Positions 1 through 8,322 of a stretch of DNA of 39,411 bases are shown here, in pieces. Within the stretch, counting starts at the first letter, position 1. Each line of letters opens with the position of its first letter. The position numbers were made by a program, and so were the translations under genes. This DNA is from a virus (taxonomy: Duplodnaviria; Caudoviricetes), in IMG/VR virus record IMGVR_UViG_3300025018_000279, positions 1-39,411 of that record. One strand, given 5' to 3'. The notes under the pieces were generated by a model. It was not told the DNA's origin, did not search any database, and was given only the letters and a program-made list of their open reading frames with translations.

Positions 1-163
1 GACCAACAAAGTAACAATATAGACCGCGACATTCCAATTCAGCTTCGGATCAAATTTAAATGGCATTGCTGCCTTCTTTCTTTTTTGCAATTTCCTTCTC
101 GCGTTCGGTGATCGGGCGGGCCGTGGCCTCGACCTTGCACCGCTCCATCGCGTTGATCAGATC
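1..163 (+). repeat. Terminal direct repeat, left copy (assembly circularity overlap)
   Basis: Identical to 39249-39411 except A37 vs C39285. Confidence 0.97.
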
Positions 164-277
164 GGTCACGGCACCTTGCGGCGCCCGGCCATAAGCCTCC
201 GCTGGCACCGTTCGCAGCACGTTGCACACAGCAGCAAACATGCCCTTCGGCATCACCACGGTTTCGGTTTCCATCAT
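56..277 (-). CDS. Small hypothetical protein (73 aa, MMETETVV...), possibly a tail-fibre accessory/chaperone
   Basis: ATG at 277 overlaps the upstream stop (ATGA); lies between tail genes and the lysis cassette; function inferred from position only. Confidence 0.65.
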   Translation of the reverse strand: MMETETVVMPKGMFAAVCNVLRTVPAEAYGRAPQGAVTDLINAMERCKVEATARPITEREKEIAKKKEGSNAI

Positions 278-1503
278 GCCACCATCACATAGTTGCCATT
301 TTTCCAGAGATCCCCCGGCGCCAGCCCCGCCGCGGACAGCGGCAGGGTGCCGCCGTTCAGGTTCAGAGTGCCCGTGCCCTTGAAATTCATGCGCTGGCCG
401 ATATTGGTATCGGGCCCAGCGACAGCGCAAGTTGGGGGCAAGCCTGCGCCGGCGGATGAAATCGACAGGTAGTTTACCGCCGCCGTGTTCGGCCCGTTGT
501 TCAGAAAGAAGAACGGCTCGCCAATGTCGTTCACGAAGCTGATACCACTATCGTTGAATTTCATCTGCATGGCATTGGCTTCCGCGCTGATCGAGGAAAC
601 CAGTGACATCACGATGGAACCGGCGCCACCCGTCGGCGCAAACCATCGGATCGCGGCACCGGTGGGCAGCAGCATCGCGTCCTTCTGCGAGGCATACACC
701 GAGGCATCGGCCGGCCGCGCTTCCAGTGCGACCGCCTCCATGTTGATGCCAACCTTGAATGTCTGACCGGTGCCGGGGCCGCGGCCGATCTCCAGTGCAA
801 CATCAGCAGGGAAAAGTTCCGCGGTCGGGTTGCCGCCGCCACTCTGGATCCGTTGACCGATGGTCTGGCCTTCCCATCCGCCGGCGTAGGGGGTGCGCCT
901 GGAGGTGCTTTCGGCATGGAAATTGTAAACCGCCAGTTCGATGCCCCAGACTGATCCGAGTGCCGCCGTGCGCACGCCCTCGAAATAGCCCGCCCAGTTG
1001 TTCAAGTTGCCTGTCTGCCGCACATACCCGACCAACCCGAGGGCATTACTACCACCGCTGTCCGTCGCCGCACCTGTGACGGCGATGCCGTGCGTGGTCG
1101 TAGATACCACCTGCGCCGCGGTCTCCAGCCACTGCGCCCGGTCGCCTTCGTTGATGATCAGACTCGTTGCCACCGCCACGGCACCCTGCCGCTGGTATTG
1201 CGTGTAGCGGTCCAGCCCCAGCACCACGGTCTTGACGTAGAACGTCTCAAGGTCTGCGACTGCTGCCAGCCCCAAAGCGGTGCTTGCGTAGGACACGAGC
1301 GGGATACGTTCAGAGCCGGGGTCATTGGCCTGCACCCACGATCCAGTGCTTGCGTTGTTCCCAGCCGTGGCCCCGAGAAAGCCAACGCTGTCGCCGAAGA
1401 AGGCGCGATGCCCGCGCAGCACATCCGCCATCGGCTCAATCGCGTTGGCAAACCAGGCCCCAGCCTTCGGTTGCCCCAGCAGGGAAAAGTCCATCTGCTT
1501 CAT
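274..1503 (-). CDS. Putative tail spike/fibre-like virion protein (409 aa)
   Basis: Gly/Ala/Thr-rich, beta-type sequence; C-terminal LPLSAAGLAPGDLWKNG motif like those ending many phage fibre proteins; ATGA-coupled in the tail operon. Confidence 0.55.
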   Translation of the reverse strand: MKQMDFSLLGQPKAGAWFANAIEPMADVLRGHRAFFGDSVGFLGATAGNNASTGSWVQANDPGSERIPLVSYASTALGLAAVADLETFYVKTVVLGLDRYTQYQRQGAVAVATSLIINEGDRAQWLETAAQVVSTTTHGIAVTGAATDSGGSNALGLVGYVRQTGNLNNWAGYFEGVRTAALGSVWGIELAVYNFHAESTSRRTPYAGGWEGQTIGQRIQSGGGNPTAELFPADVALEIGRGPGTGQTFKVGINMEAVALEARPADASVYASQKDAMLLPTGAAIRWFAPTGGAGSIVMSLVSSISAEANAMQMKFNDSGISFVNDIGEPFFFLNNGPNTAAVNYLSISSAGAGLPPTCAVAGPDTNIGQRMNFKGTGTLNLNGGTLPLSAAGLAPGDLWKNGNYVMVA

Positions 1504-3557
1504 ACGTCACCTATCATTGTTTCGAAGTGATCAAAGGCATGGGTCCAGAAGCCGGGCCGGTTGGTCACGTCAGGGGTGCAGGCGTTGGCGGATCGGTATG
1601 GCACCGAACCGACCACATTCCAGTTCTTGTCCGTCACCGAGTAGGGCACGAAGGTCTGGCCCCAATCATCCGCAAACAAGTTCAGGCCGCTGTCCGGCAG
1701 GCCGGGGTCGGTGTTCAGGTTTCCGGTGTAGACGAAATTGCGCAGCGCCTTAACGAGACCATCACTGACCCGAACATCATTCGCCGTGACCAGGGCGATT
1801 GTTGGTTGGGCTAGCGTAGCTGGCGCTTTGTAGTGCGGGTTTCCTAACATCATTGTGGTCGTCCAGCCATGGCCGCACATTCTGGTGCCAGTGTTGTCCA
1901 CCACATAGTTGCCATAAAGCAGCCAAGCCGTTCCGCCGGCTTCCGTCACCGCCTGCGAAATTCGCCGCGCCCCATGCTGGTAGGCAAAGTTGAACGTGTT
2001 GCGATTGACTTCATAGCTGCTCCACGCCACCGGCGCGCCGTTGTGGTCCGTGTTCACAACAGGGCCGGCCAGATATTCCGCCCAGGTCTCGCCCGACAAC
2101 TCGTCCAGTTCCCGGTTCCAACTGAACGGCAACAGCCCGTAGCCAATGACGCTGCTTTCCTGCTGCCCCGCCGCGCAAACCACGTCATGCGCGCCGTCGA
2201 AGGCCCCGGCAATCGCCGCTGCCCGGTTGTTCGAGTGGAAAACCGTGATCCCGTCGTTCACTGTCGTCAGGCCCCGACCTTGAATGACCGCCAGCTTGTC
2301 GGTGCGGACCAGCCAATCATTTATCGGGTTTTCAGGATCGGTGCCGTAGTCGGTCCAAAAACTTGCAGACGAGGTATAGCCGGCTTTGATCACCTGGTAG
2401 AGGCGACCTTCGTAAACCACACGAGCGCCTTTGATGAACGCGGTCAGCGGCGTCCAATTTTGCAACTGCTGGCCAGTGAAATCCCGCCCGCCACCGTCGA
2501 GCGCCATGAATGTGGCGATGTCCAGATTTTCCCGCACCGCGGCAAGAAAGCCTTTCTCTGCAATCGCCTCTGACCACGGGCGGGCAGGGTTTTGGCTGTC
2601 CTTGATGTAACTTGCCGCGCTGTTCAGCGCCGCATGGCGCACGCCGTGCCATTGCTCGATGCCTTTGGTGTGACGGTAGGGGCCGAACTGCCAGCGGGTA
2701 TTGGTCGGCCACGAGGCGCTATCCATCCATGAGCGGCGATGAAGCGTCTTGGCATAGGGATGCACCAGCAGGCTGGCGCACATGCTGCCGCCAGCCGACC
2801 CTCCGGTGGTCGTGATCAGGCTCGCGTTGCCGCCGAAGTCGGCAATGTATTCGTGCAGCCATTCCAGCGCGGCAATTGCATCCGTCAGCCCGAAGTTGAC
2901 CCCTTGATAGTCCGCGTCCGAGGGCATGCTGGGGTGCCACCATGTGCCGAGCGTGCCGAGACGATATTCGAGCGAGCAGACAATAAGCCCCTCGGCCACC
3001 GCCCGGTGGGGCCGCCATGATGGCGGCATGGTGCTGAAATAGTTTGACCCGCCGGGGTGCATGAACAGCACAACGCCCCAACCGCCGGCCGGTGCCTTCC
3101 CGGTCGGCACCCATATATTCAGTCGATTGCTGTCCTCGGCCTCGCGGGTGCCGCTAGCCGCGTAGTTGGTAGCGTTGTCATCCTGCCATTCTTCGCGGGT
3201 GCCGCCGGCAAAACCCTCTCCGCCATAACCCTGAATGGCAAGCGGCCCCCACCGCGTGCAATCCTGCGGTGCCCAGGGCGCGCGCATCAAGGCCGGGCGC
3301 AGGCGGCGGGTGCCAACAGGTTGATAGCTGAACTCGACCCCAAGATACGCCTCGACCAGGACATACTTGTTTTCCACCGGGTAATTCTGCGCCCGGTAGA
3401 TGGCGTTGGCCGCGATGGTGGCGGCAAGTTGCGCCGGGCCTCTGCGATCGACGTCCTGCACTTCTACCGGATGCGCCTTCCAGTAGCGCCCCGTAAAGGC
3501 GTGCCCGCCGACCGAGCGGGTGCAGGGGATTGTGGTGACCGGATATGGTTGCGCCAT
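1500..3557 (-). CDS. Type-B carboxylesterase/lipase family alpha/beta hydrolase with an inserted CBM5/12-like module
   Basis: Motifs EDSNRLNIWVP, FMHPGG, YRLGTLG, NFGLTDAIAALEW..IADFGG, GGSAGG nucleophile elbow, later E (QQES) and H (CGHG); start 3557 overlaps the tail-fibre stop (TGATG). Confidence 0.88.
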   Translation of the reverse strand: MAQPYPVTTIPCTRSVGGHAFTGRYWKAHPVEVQDVDRRGPAQLAATIAANAIYRAQNYPVENKYVLVEAYLGVEFSYQPVGTRRLRPALMRAPWAPQDCTRWGPLAIQGYGGEGFAGGTREEWQDDNATNYAASGTREAEDSNRLNIWVPTGKAPAGGWGVVLFMHPGGSNYFSTMPPSWRPHRAVAEGLIVCSLEYRLGTLGTWWHPSMPSDADYQGVNFGLTDAIAALEWLHEYIADFGGNASLITTTGGSAGGSMCASLLVHPYAKTLHRRSWMDSASWPTNTRWQFGPYRHTKGIEQWHGVRHAALNSAASYIKDSQNPARPWSEAIAEKGFLAAVRENLDIATFMALDGGGRDFTGQQLQNWTPLTAFIKGARVVYEGRLYQVIKAGYTSSASFWTDYGTDPENPINDWLVRTDKLAVIQGRGLTTVNDGITVFHSNNRAAAIAGAFDGAHDVVCAAGQQESSVIGYGLLPFSWNRELDELSGETWAEYLAGPVVNTDHNGAPVAWSSYEVNRNTFNFAYQHGARRISQAVTEAGGTAWLLYGNYVVDNTGTRMCGHGWTTTMMLGNPHYKAPATLAQPTIALVTANDVRVSDGLVKALRNFVYTGNLNTDPGLPDSGLNLFADDWGQTFVPYSVTDKNWNVVGSVPYRSANACTPDVTNRPGFWTHAFDHFETMIGDV

Positions 3558-5821
3558 CAGAACCACCTTCCGGTAAAGGTTGCGGTGATGGTAAAGTCGG
3601 TGTTGGAGGCCGTTACCGCCTTGATCATCTGCACCGTCCCGCCCGTCGTTGTGGTTGGTGCCGTCGCCGATTGAATACCCGCCGCTACACCGCTGGGTTG
3701 AAAAACATCAACAGACCGTGCGGGCGCGGCAATGAAAGTCACCGGCAACGCGCCAATCGCCAGACCGGGCGATTGGATAAATGACGAACCGGAAGCTGTG
3801 CTGATCGGCCCTTGCCCGGTTGATACCGTGACGCACCACATCGTGCCATCGGCCCATTTGGTCCAGTTAGCCCCACTCTCGATCTGCCGATCCGCGATAA
3901 AGTTGGTGCCGTCATAGGTGATCACCGTATTGGCATCAGTGCGGATGTAACCTGCCGGAAGTGCGGCCCCGGTGATCGTCTTGATCGCCACGGCAGTCAG
4001 GCCATCCACCGCCACAGTCGCAGGACCGGTATTCGCGGCAGTCGCCCGGAACCGCAATTGCAGTCCGGCCGGCAGGGTCGCCAATCTAGATCCCGTGGTC
4101 AGGGTGATCGCGTTGGCTGTGCCACCATAGGCGGGCACAGAATACAGCAGGTTGCCGCTGTGAAATACCTTGTCCCAGGCCGACCATGTGCCGGCGGCCT
4201 TGCGCCGCAGCCACATCTCATTGGCCACCACCCCGGCCGAGCGCAGCGCCAGTTGGCTGGCGGTGCCATCGGGGGAATGGGCGATGTGCAGCACCGAGTA
4301 ATACAGCCCGGTGGTGGGGGCCCCGGTGGCCACCGCATTGTTGCGATAGAACCCGGTGACGGTCAGCACATTGTAGTCGGTAACAAGTGTCACCGCCGTG
4401 GAACCCAACCCATGCGCGCCATTCAGCAGAACCCGGCCGGCGCTGGCATCGGTGGCGCTGGCCTGCACTGCCGAGCCGGTCAGCGCCACGTCGAGTTGCA
4501 GGGCGGCGTCAGAAAGCAGCACCCGCTGCACGCCGTTGGTTGCCAGCCCGACCTGATCTGCCAGCGGGAAAAACATGCCGGTATCGAGGAAACTTGCTGA
4601 CTTGATCGCGGGCGCAGCCGCCGTTCCACTGGGAAACGAAATGTCGGCTCCGTTCACCGCCATGCTGTTGGCAACCTCGGTGCCGATGGCGATTGCATCG
4701 TCGAGCGTGATAGAGCCCTTTACCCAGGTGCGCAGGTCGCCGGTGATCAGATCAGTTGCCGCTGCGACGGCGATGTAAGTTGTGACGATATTTCCCGCGC
4801 CAGCGACAAGGATTACATCGTGATCTGGCGACGACAAGAAGGTCGTGGCTTGCACCTCGGACAACGTGAATTTGCGCGCAACGTTGACCGCCCGCCAGCC
4901 CGGCAAATCGACAATGCCACTGTAGCCGGTCTCAACGATATACATCCAGCCGCGCGCGAAGGCGACGTAGCCGGGATAGACCGTGATGCCAGCAGCTACG
5001 GCCGCGACAAAATCTTCCCGCGTGCTGAATGACAAGGCAGTGTTCAGGCTGTCGGGCACATTCACGACGCCCCAATAGCGGGCGATCCACGTAATGTCAT
5101 CCCGCATCGGCACCGTGGTCTGCACCCCGACACCGCTCGGCGTCGCCATTGCGACCACAGCGTATTCGCTGGCGTCCAGCCGCTTGCCGTCCGCGTAGAA
5201 GTCAACGATCTGGTTCAGGCCGGGGTTCTGCGACAAGGCAAACGGCCCATTCGTTCCGTCCGCTGTGCCGGTATCCACCACGCCATAGGACAGCCCGGTG
5301 ATGCTGGCCGCCGCCGCCTCGGCCCGCTCGGCATAATCTTGCGCCTGCGTGATGTCCGCAGCCGTCGGGCCTGATGCCGGCTGGCCGTCGATCAGGATCG
5401 GCACGGTGCCCTCGTCCCAGACAAAGGGGTTCAGCGTGCCGGCCACGCGCAAGGTGCCCTGTTGCCGGGCCGACAGTTCCTGCACGGTCATCACGGTGCG
5501 GTCAAGCTGTGCTTCCAGCCCGCGCTCGCGCGCGCCCATCAACCCCTGCCAGCCCTGTTCGGCGATGGTGCTCCGCTCGATCACGATCACCGCACCGGCA
5601 TGCAGCGCGGCGGCGGCCGGGGTCAGAAACAGATCGCCGACCGTGGTCGATGACGCCGGGGATACAGAGAAATTGTCTGTCACCACCAGCCCGATGCGCA
5701 CGCCGCCCGTTGTTTCGATGACCGCGGCCACGCCATCGCTGGCATAGGGCCAGGGCAGCGCGTAGGGGCCGGTGCCGGCGACAGTGTAGCGTTGGGTGGG
5801 CGTGCTCAGCTCGACTGTCAT
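3557..5821 (-). CDS. Tail fibre protein
   Basis: Start MTVELSTP (ATGA overlap); T7 gp17-like N-terminal anchor (YALPWPY...LEAQLDRTVMTVQEL); pyocin-knob-like segment (TGFYR...MWLRRKAAGTWSAW); gp53-like C-terminus (WTKWADGTMWC...ATFTGRWF). Confidence 0.88.
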   Translation of the reverse strand: MTVELSTPTQRYTVAGTGPYALPWPYASDGVAAVIETTGGVRIGLVVTDNFSVSPASSTTVGDLFLTPAAAALHAGAVIVIERSTIAEQGWQGLMGARERGLEAQLDRTVMTVQELSARQQGTLRVAGTLNPFVWDEGTVPILIDGQPASGPTAADITQAQDYAERAEAAAASITGLSYGVVDTGTADGTNGPFALSQNPGLNQIVDFYADGKRLDASEYAVVAMATPSGVGVQTTVPMRDDITWIARYWGVVNVPDSLNTALSFSTREDFVAAVAAGITVYPGYVAFARGWMYIVETGYSGIVDLPGWRAVNVARKFTLSEVQATTFLSSPDHDVILVAGAGNIVTTYIAVAAATDLITGDLRTWVKGSITLDDAIAIGTEVANSMAVNGADISFPSGTAAAPAIKSASFLDTGMFFPLADQVGLATNGVQRVLLSDAALQLDVALTGSAVQASATDASAGRVLLNGAHGLGSTAVTLVTDYNVLTVTGFYRNNAVATGAPTTGLYYSVLHIAHSPDGTASQLALRSAGVVANEMWLRRKAAGTWSAWDKVFHSGNLLYSVPAYGGTANAITLTTGSRLATLPAGLQLRFRATAANTGPATVAVDGLTAVAIKTITGAALPAGYIRTDANTVITYDGTNFIADRQIESGANWTKWADGTMWCVTVSTGQGPISTASGSSFIQSPGLAIGALPVTFIAAPARSVDVFQPSGVAAGIQSATAPTTTTGGTVQMIKAVTASNTDFTITATFTGRWF

Positions 5822-8322
5822 TTCCCGTCTCCAAAGGCATTCATCAGGTTGGGCGCGCGCAACTTCTGGCCCATGCCCAGACGCGGCACAAAGTTCTGGG
5901 TGCCGTAATCCTTCTGCATCTGGCGCAATTGCCGCCGCATCTGGATTTTGGCCTGCGGGTCGAGAAAGGTTTGCAGCCCGTCGGCCACCAGCCGGGAAAA
6001 GGCGGCGCGGCCATACCACAGGCTCGACGCCACCGGGGTGGTGCCGCGCACCAGGTTCGTGGCATCGCGGCCCCAGTGGGTGTTTTCGCCATTCACCGGG
6101 GCCGTGGTGTTGCGGACGATCGGACCTCCGATATCGCTGATCAGCCCCACCACCGGCCCGGCTAACGTCTCGGCAATGCCGCCCCCGGCGCGGCTGGCTT
6201 CGGCGGCGAAGAAATCACCGAAGATCCCGAGGCCCCCGCCTTGCAGCGCGGCGGCAAGCCAGAATTTGAGGGTGTTCATCGGGCGCGGATCGTTGCCCTT
6301 GGCGATCTCTTTCAACTGGATCGCCAGCGCCCCGGTCAGTTCCAGCAGCACCGCAATTTTCGCCAGATACCTGGCCTTGTTCCAGCCGCCTTCGATGTTC
6401 AGGAAGCGCCGGTATTGCCCCAGCATCAGCGACAGCGGAAAGCTTTTGTACATCAGCCCCGAGCGTGCGACTTCGCCGCCGATCGTGCCCGCCTTGGTGC
6501 CAAACAGCAGCCCGGCGCGGGCTTCCAGGCTGGCGGTCGGCACCGCGAATTCCAACTGCTCGCGGATGATCATCTGCATCCGCATCGCCAGATCTTCGGC
6601 CTCGCGCCGCGGCATCGCTTTCTGCGCTTCCAGCCAGTGGAACGGCGCGATGAAATCGGCCCCGTTGTCGGCAACAAACCGGCCTTCGCTGGCGCGCAGA
6701 AAATCCCAGTCCCTGGCGCTGATGCCGCGCGCCTCGAATATCCGCCGCAGGCTGTGGTCTATCTGTGCGAAATCGCGCCCGGCGTTCTCGGCCAGATAGC
6801 CCGAAAACTCCATCTGGAAGGCGATCTTGCGCATGTCGGTCACGAACGCCAACCCCGAGGCCTTCATGGTGATCCCGCTCAGCCGTTCGGCAATCCCGCT
6901 GCCGAACATCTTGCCCATGAAGCGCGCCGAACCGGCCCCGGCGTCGGCCAAGGTTTCGGCGGTAAAGCCCATCCGGTTTGCGGTCGCGCGGGTCGAGTGT
7001 TTGGCGGTCAGCTCGATCGAGCGCGACAGCACATTGCGCGCATTCATCCCCACGGTCTGCGCCGCCACCGTCATCGTGGCCAGATCGGTGACCGAGGAAA
7101 TCACCGCGCTCCCGAGTTGCGCCGAAGAAAGCACCGCCCGGGTGCCGGACATGAAGCGGGCCGTGGCCTGCCACTCGGTGATGCTGGCCGATCCATTGGC
7201 CTCGTGCAGCATCGCCTTGGCGCGCGCCGCCTCGCGGTCCACCCGCGCCATCAGGCGGGGGTCGCTGCCCAGCTCGGCGGCGCGCGCCAGGGCGGCTTGA
7301 TGCGCAAATTCCAGCATCGCCGCCGGGTTTGGCCCCAGCACATCCATCAGCGCGACATCGCGCGCCATGCCCATCAGGCTGTGGATCATCGAGGAAAACG
7401 GGTCGGCGGTGCCGAACTCGCGGTTGTATTCCAACTGCGTCGTGCCGTTCTTGAAATGCAGCAGCCGGTGTTCGGCGCGGCGGTTGAACAGCGCCTTGCC
7501 GCCGGTCACCATGCTCGGGTCGCGGCTGTTCCAGCCGCCGCTGATCCGGCCATCGTAAACATCCTGCAAAAAGCGCTGGGTCACGGCGCGCGGCGGCACC
7601 TGGCCGGGGGCGGCGGCAAACGGCTGGCCGGTGGCCAGATCGTCGATCTTGTCCCAGGCCAGCCGGGTTTCCGTGAAGGCTGCCCATTTCTCGAACCCGG
7701 CGGCGCGCATCCGCCCGCCGTCATGGCTTTGCCCCATGCCACGGTTTTTCAGGATCGTGATGTTTGCGCCGCGCTCGTTCAGGGCGCGGATCAGCATGTC
7801 TTCGGCGTCTTCCAGCACCTTGGCCAGTTTCTTGGCCACCACGTCGCCGGTCGCCTCGCCGTGGCGCTCGCGGATGATGTTGTCCATCCGGGCGGTGTCG
7901 CGGCTGCTGCCGACCATGTTCAGCCCGACCTCGTCAAGCACCTCCTGCATCTTCATCCGGGTGCGGTCTTCCCAGGCTTCGATCATCTTCTCGACGTTGT
8001 TGCCCTTGAAGCCGTGGCCCTCGGCCTGGCGCATCAGGCCGGTCAGCACCCGCGACGGATCGGGGGTGGTGTCGATGAAATGCTTGATCTTGCGCATCGT
8101 CTGCAACTGATGCAGCACCTTGTGATAGCGCTCGCGCTGGCTGGCCTGGGCCGCTTCTTTCAGATCGGCGGTGGCCCGGATCGAAGCCTGCCCTTCCGTC
8201 ATGTCCAGCGCCAGATAGCGCGCTTTCAGGCGGGCATACTCAGTTTGGGCGGCGCGCCCGCGCACCTTGTCGATCTCGCCGTTGTCGATCGCGGTCTGGA
8301 TGCAGTCGTGCATGGTGGTCAT
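5818..8322 (-). CDS. Internal virion/ejection protein (834 aa)
   Basis: Large helical protein with hydrophobic C-terminal segments (QGGGLGIFGDF) just before the tail fibre, as in BPP-1/T7-type podoviruses. Confidence 0.75.
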   Translation of the reverse strand: MTTMHDCIQTAIDNGEIDKVRGRAAQTEYARLKARYLALDMTEGQASIRATADLKEAAQASQRERYHKVLHQLQTMRKIKHFIDTTPDPSRVLTGLMRQAEGHGFKGNNVEKMIEAWEDRTRMKMQEVLDEVGLNMVGSSRDTARMDNIIRERHGEATGDVVAKKLAKVLEDAEDMLIRALNERGANITILKNRGMGQSHDGGRMRAAGFEKWAAFTETRLAWDKIDDLATGQPFAAAPGQVPPRAVTQRFLQDVYDGRISGGWNSRDPSMVTGGKALFNRRAEHRLLHFKNGTTQLEYNREFGTADPFSSMIHSLMGMARDVALMDVLGPNPAAMLEFAHQAALARAAELGSDPRLMARVDREAARAKAMLHEANGSASITEWQATARFMSGTRAVLSSAQLGSAVISSVTDLATMTVAAQTVGMNARNVLSRSIELTAKHSTRATANRMGFTAETLADAGAGSARFMGKMFGSGIAERLSGITMKASGLAFVTDMRKIAFQMEFSGYLAENAGRDFAQIDHSLRRIFEARGISARDWDFLRASEGRFVADNGADFIAPFHWLEAQKAMPRREAEDLAMRMQMIIREQLEFAVPTASLEARAGLLFGTKAGTIGGEVARSGLMYKSFPLSLMLGQYRRFLNIEGGWNKARYLAKIAVLLELTGALAIQLKEIAKGNDPRPMNTLKFWLAAALQGGGLGIFGDFFAAEASRAGGGIAETLAGPVVGLISDIGGPIVRNTTAPVNGENTHWGRDATNLVRGTTPVASSLWYGRAAFSRLVADGLQTFLDPQAKIQMRRQLRQMQKDYGTQNFVPRLGMGQKLRAPNLMNAFGDGK

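Noticed and set aside
1-163. T7-like physical direct terminal repeat
   Set aside because: It falls inside coding sequence far from the terminase region and contains a mismatch; an assembly overlap is more likely.
3557-5821. Diversity-generating retroelement as in BPP-1
   Set aside because: No reverse transcriptase ORF, and I saw no template/variable repeat pair for the fibre tip.
5821-6019. N-terminal extensions given in the ORF track (tail fibre, and likewise portal, primase, cI, cro, spanins)
   Set aside because: Downstream starts have RBS and/or stop-start overlaps and avoid long overlaps with neighbouring genes, so coordinates were trimmed.
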